IMG/VR virus record: IMGVR_UViG_3300032093_000184
Coordinates: 1 to 53,608 of that record
Direction: 5' to 3' (one strand)
From: a virus
Lineage: Duplodnaviria > Caudoviricetes
DNA: 53,608 nt
Of this stretch, positions 46,304 through 53,608 are shown piece after piece. The notes under the pieces are model-generated. The model had not been told where the DNA came from. It saw nothing but the letters and a program-made list of their open reading frames with translations, and ran no database searches. The position numbers and the translations under genes were made by a program. Every line of letters starts with the position of its first letter. The first letter of the stretch is position 1.

Positions 46304-46944
46304 TACTTAACACTGTAATCACTGAGGTTCGCAGATTACTGCAAGACATCAACTCACCGCAGCGCTATAGCGATGTGGTGTTGTTGGGCTTTGCGAATCA
46401 GGCGTTAAAGCGCATTGCTGTGCTTCGCCCAGACCTCTTTGCTTACATTGGGGCGATCCCTACCACTGCTGGGTCTGTCATTCAATCTATGCCGTCTGAT
46501 TCACTCCGAGTCATGGAGATATTCTCTGTGCAAGGTGGCAACGGTGTTACCGAGGTAAACCGTGAGGCGCTTGACCAGACGTACCCAACATGGATGAACG
46601 ATACCGCTGGGCCATGTGTGAACTGGATGCGCCATGTGCGTAACGCCAACAAGTTTTTCATCTACCCCAAAGCGCCAGCGGATCAGGTATTGATCGGGGA
46701 GTATTCGCAGACTCCTCCAGACTATGACGGCACAACAACTGTGACGTTGTTGTCAGATGGCTATTTCCCAGTCGTTGTTGACGCGACAGTGTTCTTGGCT
46801 GAGTCAGTTGATAACGAACACGTAAACTCACAACGTGCTGCCTTGTTCCAGCAGTCATTTACTCAAGCCTTGGGCGTTAGCGCACAGGGTAGGGTTATTA
46901 CTGATACCGAACAAGCTGGCCTCAAATCGACTGAGGTTGTCTAA
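46300..46944 (+). CDS. Head-tail adaptor protein (DUF6682-like)
   Basis: VRRLLQD..RYSD..LL...N.A...I..LRPD, LD...P.W, FFIYP. Confidence 0.7.
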   Translation: MILNTVITEVRRLLQDINSPQRYSDVVLLGFANQALKRIAVLRPDLFAYIGAIPTTAGSVIQSMPSDSLRVMEIFSVQGGNGVTEVNREALDQTYPTWMNDTAGPCVNWMRHVRNANKFFIYPKAPADQVLIGEYSQTPPDYDGTTTVTLLSDGYFPVVVDATVFLAESVDNEHVNSQRAALFQQSFTQALGVSAQGRVITDTEQAGLKSTEVV

Positions 46945-47597
46945 TGTCTGACCGCACATTCCTTTCACTGGTTACTCGTCTTGCACCTAGCGTGCCGGGA
47001 TGCCCACAGCCAATCGTCGAACAATATGTTCGTGATGCCGCTATTGAGGTGTGCGAAAGAACCCTGTCATGGCGCTATGAGCAGCCTAAGATCAGACTTA
47101 CGCCGGGAGTCTATGAGTACCCCTACGAGAATCCTACAGGGGCAGAGGTTCATGCGTTCCTATCAGTCTCGCTAAACGGCTCAAACATAGAGCCAGCGAC
47201 CCTTGAGCAGTTGACTCGCAAGTACCCAGCATGGCCTGATCTGACTCCTGAACAGTTGTCTACCCCGCAGAATGTCTGCCAGCTAGACTCTGACAATTTT
47301 GTACTTGCACCCGTACCAGATGCCACAGTTGTTTACGATCTGAAGATGATCGTAGCCCTTAAACCTTTGCGTACTTCATCAGCAATGTCAAAGTCTGTAC
47401 TGGATGATATTGAGAATGTTGTCATGCACGGAGCCTTACAGCATCTGTTGGTGCTGCCCAATAGAACGTGGACTGATCGTGAGTTAGCCTCATACCACGC
47501 CAAACAATACTCATTTAAAACGTCTGAGCGACGGGCTAGGGCCAATCTTGGTGCTGCTCGTGCGTCGATGACGGTTCAAATGCGTCCATTTGCATGA
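46944..47597 (+). CDS. Second adaptor / tail tubular protein A-like
   Basis: VPGCP...VRDAAIEVCERT..W, LAPVPD, HGAL..L. Confidence 0.7.
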   Translation: MSDRTFLSLVTRLAPSVPGCPQPIVEQYVRDAAIEVCERTLSWRYEQPKIRLTPGVYEYPYENPTGAEVHAFLSVSLNGSNIEPATLEQLTRKYPAWPDLTPEQLSTPQNVCQLDSDNFVLAPVPDATVVYDLKMIVALKPLRTSSAMSKSVLDDIENVVMHGALQHLLVLPNRTWTDRELASYHAKQYSFKTSERRARANLGAARASMTVQMRPFA

Positions 47598-47604
47598 GGT
47601 AATT

Positions 47605-47940
47605 ATGGCAACAGATGTCATCCGATTAGTAGAAGGCGACGAGAAGCCGCTTATCGTCCTCACCTTGACGGACGACATTACAGGCACGCCCATAGACCTA
47701 TCCTCTGCGTCAACAACTGTTAGTGTGAAATTCCGTAAGGCTGCTACTACAACTCTGCTTTCTACAATTTCTTGTACAAAGTTGAGTGGCGGCACTACTG
47801 GGCAGGTACAGTTCGGTTTCTCTGGCGGTGTGCTCGACGTCGACGCTGGTGCATACGAGGGCGAGGTTGTTGTAGATTACAACGGCGCTGTTCAGACAGT
47901 CTATGAAACATTGCGGTTTACGGTGAGAGCAAACTTCTAA
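47605..47940 (+). CDS. BppU-like Ig-fold tail protein
   Basis: GAGGT SD before ATG 47605; GD...LTL.D...PIDLS, G.YEGEV, RFTVR..F. Confidence 0.65.
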   Translation: MATDVIRLVEGDEKPLIVLTLTDDITGTPIDLSSASTTVSVKFRKAATTTLLSTISCTKLSGGTTGQVQFGFSGGVLDVDAGAYEGEVVVDYNGAVQTVYETLRFTVRANF

Positions 47941-49433
47941 TGTCCAACATCAAGGTATCTGCTGCTGTTACAGCGCTTGTTACCGCAGTTGCGGTGGCAG
48001 GGGCTATTGCTGTATCAGTCAGCCCCAATACCTATGCTGTTTCCGCACAGCCTGAGAACATCATACGGCTATCGGCATTTGTCGTGCCAATGGAATATTT
48101 GGAGGAGCAGACAGTCAGTGTGTCTGACTTCCGCCAGATCACAGTTGAGGTTGTAAAAGCTGACGAAGTTTTAATTGACGATACCGTGGCGTTTGCTCCT
48201 GAATTGGCCTTTGCAGACTCAGTTACTGTCGCGGACTCAGTGTTCAAGAATTTCACTGAGGCAGTTGACTTTGACCGCAACGATGCAGACGTAGACCCAG
48301 ACCCAGTTACGATGGCCGATGTTGCTACTCGGCAGGTGGATAAGGTTCTTGCAGATACCGCGACTACGACAGATGATAGTGTGCTGTCGCCCGGTAAAGT
48401 ACTCACAGATTCAGCTACTGTTGATGACGCAGTTAACACCCTAGCTGTTGGCAAAAGCCTGTCGGACACATCGACGATTACAGATACGTCACCAGTGTTT
48501 GACACAGCCAAAGTTGTTGTTGATAGTGCGTCGGCTACCGATGCAGCAGCGCTCAATGTAGATAAGGACGGTATTGCCGATACTGTTACGGCTTCAGACT
48601 CTCCATCTCTACAGCCTGATCTTGTCAAGATTGACTCGGTTACTGCTTCAGACTCAGTGAATACCCTAGATATAGGGAAAACCCTTACTGATTCTGCAAC
48701 AGCATCTGATGCTGCACCTGTGTTTAACATCGCACAAGTGCTTGCTGATACCGTCACTATGACCGATGTAGTCTACAAAGACTTCACGGAGATGGTGGAC
48801 TATGACCGCAATGACGCTGACGTAGACCCAGACCCAGTGACTGTTGCAGATACAACTGCTACAGACGTTGTAAAGGTTCTTACGGATACCGCTACATCAG
48901 CAGACTCAGTAGCATTGAATCCACAGTCTGTCCAGACTGACACGGTTACAGCCTCTGATACGGCAGTTTTTGATTTTGCGGATGTTCAGACTGACACGGC
49001 TACAGCTTCTGACGCTGCCCCCGTATTTGCTCAAAACAAGACAACCGCAGATGACTTTACAGCTTCTGACGATGCCCCTGTGTTCTTAATAAGCCCAGCT
49101 TACTCTGATACAGCAACAGCCTCTGACGCTGCACCTGTGTTCAACATTGCGGCAGCCCTATCAGACACCGCTACGATGGCAGATGCTGTAACTTTTGATC
49201 TGCTGCTCGGTATAACAACGCCGTTCTATGATTTTGCTTTTGCATCAGATGAGAAGTTTACGTACTACCCAGTGCTGGGTACAATTAACAGTCATCTGAT
49301 CCACGAACCCCTTGTAAACGGTGAATTTGTGCTGACAATTGACCCCAATGCTGATATCGTATATACGATCCGCACGGAGTCGGTTGAGTACACCTACAAC
49401 GGTTACGGACTCAACGAAAACCAACTCAACTAA
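47940..49433 (+). CDS. Acidic Asp/Thr/Ala repeat tail or fibre protein
   Basis: Many roughly 17-18-aa repeats of form (L/V)xD(T/S)(A/V)TxxD. Confidence 0.75.
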   Translation: MSNIKVSAAVTALVTAVAVAGAIAVSVSPNTYAVSAQPENIIRLSAFVVPMEYLEEQTVSVSDFRQITVEVVKADEVLIDDTVAFAPELAFADSVTVADSVFKNFTEAVDFDRNDADVDPDPVTMADVATRQVDKVLADTATTTDDSVLSPGKVLTDSATVDDAVNTLAVGKSLSDTSTITDTSPVFDTAKVVVDSASATDAAALNVDKDGIADTVTASDSPSLQPDLVKIDSVTASDSVNTLDIGKTLTDSATASDAAPVFNIAQVLADTVTMTDVVYKDFTEMVDYDRNDADVDPDPVTVADTTATDVVKVLTDTATSADSVALNPQSVQTDTVTASDTAVFDFADVQTDTATASDAAPVFAQNKTTADDFTASDDAPVFLISPAYSDTATASDAAPVFNIAAALSDTATMADAVTFDLLLGITTPFYDFAFASDEKFTYYPVLGTINSHLIHEPLVNGEFVLTIDPNADIVYTIRTESVEYTYNGYGLNENQLN

Positions 49434-49443
49434 GGAGTGAATT

Positions 49444-49890
49444 ATGTTCAACGACGCAATTAAGATGACGGGCAATTTAAAGCTCGTTCTTACCGATGAA
49501 AACGGTAACATCAAACAGGAAGAAGAAGTAAAAAACCTAGTGGTAACAGTAGGCAAAAACTACATCGCTTCCCGTATGAAGGATGCGACTGCAACCGCTA
49601 TGACCCATATGGAAGTCGGCACAAGCTCTACTGCTGCTGCCGTCGGTGATACGGCTCTAGTTGCTGCTGTTGCTAGTTCACGTGTTACGTTGACTTCGAC
49701 TACTGTGACTACCAACTCTGTTGCGTATGTTGCTTCGTTCCCAGCGGGTACGGGAACTGGCGCATTGACAGAAGCAGGTATTTTTAACGCTTCGTCTTCT
49801 GGTACTTTGTTGTGCCGTACAGTGTTCTCAGTTATCAACAAGGGCGCAGCCGATACGCTTGGCATCACTTGGACTGTGACTGTTAACTAA
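49444..49890 (+). CDS. Tail or fibre-anchoring structural protein
   Basis: NLVV..G, GT....A..DT.L, GALTEAGIFN, RTVF..INK, ITWT. Confidence 0.75.
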   Translation: MFNDAIKMTGNLKLVLTDENGNIKQEEEVKNLVVTVGKNYIASRMKDATATAMTHMEVGTSSTAAAVGDTALVAAVASSRVTLTSTTVTTNSVAYVASFPAGTGTGALTEAGIFNASSSGTLLCRTVFSVINKGAADTLGITWTVTVN

Positions 49891-49901
49891 GGAGTTCGGG
49901 A

Positions 49902-51197
49902 ATGGGCATTAAACTCTCAAATAACGCCTTTGCTACGTTGGCAGCGGGTATCAACTCGTCTGTAACTAGCATTACGGTGACATCAGGGCAGGGTGCTCGA
50001 TTCCCAAGTTTAACTGCGAGCGATTACTTCTACGCCACACTGATTGACACATCCAATAACTTGGAAATTGTCAAGTGTACGGCGCGCTCAACAGATGTGT
50101 TGACTGTTGTTCGTGGTCAAGAGTCTACAACTGCTCGTGCGTATAGCACGGGTGACCGCATCGAGATTCGCTTGACTGCGCAAACTTTCATTGATGCAAC
50201 CACAATTACATCATTAGAGCCACATAAAGTAAGTGACCAAGACAATACCGCCACTGGGTACTTTGATTTACCCACTGGTACAACTGCACAAAGACCGGGA
50301 AGTCCAGTTGCTGGCATGATGCGGTTTAACTCTACAATTGCACAAGCAGAAATTTATCAAGGCGGTGCATGGGTTGCTTTTGCTACTCAGTCAACGGCTA
50401 CTGTAGATTATCTTGTTGTTGCTGGCGGCGGTGGCGGTGGCTTGGACTACTATGGCTCAGGGCGAGGCGGCGGTGGCGGCGGTGGCGGCGGTTATAGAGC
50501 AGCTTCTAGTTTTGCTGTAGCTCCGGGAAATTCACTTACAGTAACTGTTGGCGCTGGAGGAGCACCGGGGAATACCGGAAACGTAGTTGGTACAAATGGC
50601 GGAAATTCTGTATTTAGTTCTATAACTTCTACGGGTGGCGGTGGCGGTGGCGGTCATAGCCCATCTGCAAACATAGTGGGTAATGCTGGTGGCTCTGGCG
50701 GCGGCGGCTCTAACGGCGTATCGGGCGGTGCAGGTACAGCAGGACAAGGTTTTGCTGGCGGCACAGGCGCTCCTGATTCCCCATTTTTGGGGGCTGGCGG
50801 TGGCGGTGCTAGTGCGGTAGGTGGAAGTGTAGGCTCTGCTCAAACTACTGGCGGTGCTGGCGGTGCTGGTACAGCATCCGCACTTTCTGGTTCATCAGTA
50901 ACTTATGCTGGTGGCGGTGGCGGTGGCGGTGGCAGTGGTACTACAGGCGGCGCAGGCGGCGCAGGCGGTGGCGGTGCAGGTGGTATTAGTTCTAATAATG
51001 GTACATCCGGAACTGTGAACACTGGTGGTGGCGGTGGCGGTGCAAGAGGAACTCCCGGTACTGGCGGTTCTGGTGTTGTAATTATTTCTTACCCAAATAA
51101 TTTCAAACTTGCTACAGCCACAGGTACTTATACCCAAACAAATACTAGTGGAAACTACGTTTTCATCTTTACTGGTTCTGGAACCATCACCTTCTAA
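49902..51197 (+). CDS. Tail fibre 1 with glycine-rich domain
   Basis: N-terminal anchor shared with 51581; LPTGTTAQRP..GMMRFN; YLVVAGGGGGG..GGSGVVIISYP. Confidence 0.8.
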   Translation: MGIKLSNNAFATLAAGINSSVTSITVTSGQGARFPSLTASDYFYATLIDTSNNLEIVKCTARSTDVLTVVRGQESTTARAYSTGDRIEIRLTAQTFIDATTITSLEPHKVSDQDNTATGYFDLPTGTTAQRPGSPVAGMMRFNSTIAQAEIYQGGAWVAFATQSTATVDYLVVAGGGGGGLDYYGSGRGGGGGGGGGYRAASSFAVAPGNSLTVTVGAGGAPGNTGNVVGTNGGNSVFSSITSTGGGGGGGHSPSANIVGNAGGSGGGGSNGVSGGAGTAGQGFAGGTGAPDSPFLGAGGGGASAVGGSVGSAQTTGGAGGAGTASALSGSSVTYAGGGGGGGGSGTTGGAGGAGGGGAGGISSNNGTSGTVNTGGGGGGARGTPGTGGSGVVIISYPNNFKLATATGTYTQTNTSGNYVFIFTGSGTITF

Positions 51198-51215
51198 CTA
51201 TAAAAGGAAAAACAT

Positions 51216-51578
51216 ATGTCACATTTTGCAAAAGTAGTAGACGGTTTGGTAACGCAAGTAATCGTTGCTGAACAAGAGTTTTTTGATACGTTCGTGGACT
51301 CTAGTCCCGGAACATGGATTCAGACAAGCTACAACACCCACGGTGGTGTTCATGCTAATGGCAACACGCCTCTGCGTAAGAACTATGCAGGCATCGGGTT
51401 TACCTACGACGCAGGTCGTGATGCGTTTATCCCACCGAAGCCATACAGCAAGTGGGTCTTGAATGAGACTACCTGCTTGTGGGATGCACCTACACAGATG
51501 CCTAATGATGGTGCAATCTATGAATGGGATGATGCCACAGGTAACTGGGTTGTAGTTCCTGAGACTGAAGGAATGTAA
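51216..51578 (+). CDS. Fibre-associated small protein
   Basis: MSHFAKV..V.QVIV, WIQTSYN, RKNYAGIG.TYD..RDAFIPPKPY..W; a family commonly found after Gly-rich fibres. Confidence 0.75.
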   Translation: MSHFAKVVDGLVTQVIVAEQEFFDTFVDSSPGTWIQTSYNTHGGVHANGNTPLRKNYAGIGFTYDAGRDAFIPPKPYSKWVLNETTCLWDAPTQMPNDGAIYEWDDATGNWVVVPETEGM

Positions 51579-51580
51579 TC

Positions 51581-52609
51581 ATGGGATTAAAAGTCACCAA
51601 CAACGCCTTTGGCACGCTGAACGCTAGTATCAACAGCAGTGCAACTACGATTGTTCTTGTAGCAGGACAGGGCGCACGCTTTCCTACGCTTAGCGCGGGT
51701 GACTATTTCTACGCCACCTTGATCGACACATCGAATAATCTGGAGATCGTGAAGTGTACGGCTCGTAGCACTGACACACTGACAGTCGTACGTGCGCAAG
51801 ACAGCACAACGGCTCGTGCTTATGCGACCAACGATAGGTTCGAGCTACGCCCAACGGCTGCACTGTTCAACGAGCTTGCTACGACTGCTGAAGGTGCATT
51901 ACCTAAGTCCGGTGGGGTAATGGCTAGTGGTGGTCGTATTCAGTTTCAGAACTCGGATGGGCACACTTTATACGGTATCAGAGGCACTAGATATGGATAT
52001 AGCGCATCATACCGTTCTCTGCAAATTGGTAACGGGGCAAACTCGGAAAACATTTCTCTTAATGTTGATGTAAGTGCAATTGCTGGCGGGGCGTTTACTG
52101 GGAATGGCAAAGATATTGTCGTACCAAACGGGGTAATGTTTTCTATGCCAAACTCTGGCAATACTGATTTTATTACGCCTATGCAGTTTGATTCGGGTGG
52201 TCGGGTGATAACTCCATTACGCCCCGCTTTCTGTGTCACCTCACCTAGTAATGGTAGTAGCAATGCTGTACAGACTTTTACAAATGTCTTACTCAATACA
52301 GGTTCGCATTACTCTACTAGCACAGGTAAGTTTACGGCCCCTGTTGCAGGAACTTATCTTTTTAACTGGCATATTCTTTCTAATGGTAACCAAGGATACC
52401 ACTATGGTTATTTAGAAAAGAACGGAAATATTTATGTTTACGCGCAGCAGTACAACTCTACGGGGGTAACTACAGGGTCTACAACTGGAGGGTCTGCGGT
52501 AATTAGTTTGGCGGCAAACGACACGATAGGATACTTCCACTACGGTGGGTCGTACACTCCTGCGTACAACGGAAGCTACTCTGTTTTTTCCGGGCTACTA
52601 CTTGGATAA
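51581..52609 (+). CDS. Tail fibre 2 with C-terminal C1q-like domain
   Basis: Shared N-terminal anchor; PAF..F..V..N.G.HY..STGKFTAPVAGTYLF..L.AND..FSGLL. Confidence 0.8.
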   Translation: MGLKVTNNAFGTLNASINSSATTIVLVAGQGARFPTLSAGDYFYATLIDTSNNLEIVKCTARSTDTLTVVRAQDSTTARAYATNDRFELRPTAALFNELATTAEGALPKSGGVMASGGRIQFQNSDGHTLYGIRGTRYGYSASYRSLQIGNGANSENISLNVDVSAIAGGAFTGNGKDIVVPNGVMFSMPNSGNTDFITPMQFDSGGRVITPLRPAFCVTSPSNGSSNAVQTFTNVLLNTGSHYSTSTGKFTAPVAGTYLFNWHILSNGNQGYHYGYLEKNGNIYVYAQQYNSTGVTTGSTTGGSAVISLAANDTIGYFHYGGSYTPAYNGSYSVFSGLLLG

Positions 52610-52624
52610 CTAAAGGACACCAAC

Positions 52625-52930
52625 ATGACAAATTACACAATCGCACTTACTGAAGCCGAAAACAAGGCTTTGTCTTACGCCGCCTTCGCGCAGCAAGATT
52701 GGATTGACAACGCAGTTCATGAGCGTTGCCGCATTGCTATTGAGGAAATCGTAGCTCTCACAGTACAGAAATGCCTTGAGACAAACACACAGATTCCCGG
52801 TAGCAAAGACGCAATGGTAGACCTAGCCTTTGAGCAAGGTTGGGTCAAGACTGCTGCTGAGCGTCAGGCTGAGTTTGAGGCTGAGCGTCTTGCACGCCTA
52901 GGCCAAGACGAGACAAACACGAATGTTTGA
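52625..52930 (+). CDS. Fibre-associated small protein
   Basis: AAGGA SD; QDWIDNAV..R.RIA..EI, VKTAA.R. Confidence 0.7.
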   Translation: MTNYTIALTEAENKALSYAAFAQQDWIDNAVHERCRIAIEEIVALTVQKCLETNTQIPGSKDAMVDLAFEQGWVKTAAERQAEFEAERLARLGQDETNTNV

Positions 52931-53111
52931 CGGACGCAGACTTCCTCTCGTTATGTTTCCGAACGGCTCATTGATGCGCTGTGAGGTTGTGCCTGAGGGC
53001 TGCGTTCTTGTAATTGAACCTGAGGAGCCGAAGGAGAGTGACTTTCCTGCGGTGATTGACCAAACACAAGCGGTACAGGAGGCCGATAGTGTCAACACTA
53101 CGCGAACTTGA
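52923..53111 (+). CDS. Hypothetical protein
   Basis: Overlaps both neighbours; weak SD. Confidence 0.45.
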   Translation: MFDGRRLPLVMFPNGSLMRCEVVPEGCVLVIEPEEPKESDFPAVIDQTQAVQEADSVNTTRT

Positions 53112-53268
53112 AGTGCAGATAACTTCGCATGAAGCTGTCTGTGCTGAGCGTTATCAAACATTTATCCAACGGGTTGACCGCTTGGAATCGTTAATCATCA
53201 AAACCGCTGGTGCTCTGATAGTCGGCATGGCGGGACTTCTTGCGGCTATTATCTTTAAAGGACTTTGA
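53089..53268 (+). CDS. Small coiled-coil plus TM protein (XhlA/holin-like)
   Basis: AGGAGG SD before GTG 53089; HEAVCAERY..RLE..TM helix. Confidence 0.7.
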   Translation: MSTLRELEVQITSHEAVCAERYQTFIQRVDRLESLIIKTAGALIVGMAGLLAAIIFKGL

Positions 53269-53269
53269 A

Positions 53270-53506
53270 ATGCCTATTAAACTAAAAGAGAAATCTCTAG
53301 ACGAGATGAAGAAAGATGCTATTAAAAATAGCGTCGATGTACGTGGCTATGCTAAAGGCGGCATGACTTTTAAACCCTGTGCCGGTTGCTCTAGTGCTGC
53401 AAAGTGCAAATCAATGGGGCAGTGCATGAAAAAAAGTGGCGCAGGTAAAAAGCCAATGGGCTACGCCAAAGGCGGCATGGTTCAGAAGATGCCCAAAGCC
53501 TGTTGA
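53270..53506 (+). CDS. Small basic Cys-rich protein with two GYAKGGM motifs
   Basis: AAGGA SD before ATG 53270; PCAGC....KC...G.C. Confidence 0.7.
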   Translation: MPIKLKEKSLDEMKKDAIKNSVDVRGYAKGGMTFKPCAGCSSAAKCKSMGQCMKKSGAGKKPMGYAKGGMVQKMPKAC

Positions 53507-53517
53507 TGGAGTGAGAT

Positions 53518-53608
53518 ATTGATCCCCTTACTCTACTGGCGATGGCTAGTGCCGCTGTTTCAGCGGTCAAGAAGGGGTGTCAGCTTTATAAGGATGTAAA
53601 GAGTGCTG
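53518..53608 (+). CDS. 3'-truncated ORF, probably the N-terminus of the gene that ends at 451
   Basis: (I/M)DPLTLLAMASAAVSAVKKGCQLYKDVKSA; GGAG 6 nt upstream of ATT. Confidence 0.6.
   Translation, partial: MDPLTLLAMASAAVSAVKKGCQLYKDVKSA

Noticed and set aside
50420-51075. GGTGGC tandem microsatellite-like runs
   Set aside because: They simply encode the poly-Gly stretches of the fibre domain
49902-52609. Diversity-generating retroelement (TR/VR pair) suggested by the duplicated fibre sequence
   Set aside because: The duplication is at the N-terminus, the differences are mostly synonymous rather than adenine-specific, and no reverse transcriptase gene is present

Overview
The window looks like a near-complete genome (about 53.6 kb) of a short-tailed (podovirus-type) dsDNA phage. 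The gene cut off at the right end appears to continue at the left end, with some bases missing. There are two arms. The + strand late arm (36675-53608, continuing 1-17965) encodes small and large terminase, portal, scaffold, capsid, adaptors, two tail fibres, a lysis cassette with an M15 endolysin, a tail nozzle protein and ejection proteins (one with an SLT domain, one a 2659-aa polyvalent protein). The - strand early/middle arm (36449-17966) encodes small early genes, a MoxR-like AAA ATPase / DUF3150-like / vWA-metallopeptidase module, DUF3310, family A DNA polymerase, a PD-(D/E)xK exonuclease, VRR-NUC, an SNF2 helicase, an SSB-like protein, an HTH protein and a primase-helicase. I saw no integrase, reverse transcriptase, tRNA or CRISPR array. 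Highlights: (1) a small basic phage protein with its own Shine-Dalgarno sequence, nested in the +1 frame of the giant ejection-protein gene; (2) a perfect rRNA-type boxA ahead of three terminator-like hairpins; (3) a duplicated promoter-plus-paralogue cassette flanking an AT-rich repeat array that contains an IHF-consensus site; (4) two candidate structured RNAs; (5) a recurring [YM]xxGG motif in probable virion cargo proteins. Family names come from motifs recognised by eye, not from database searches.
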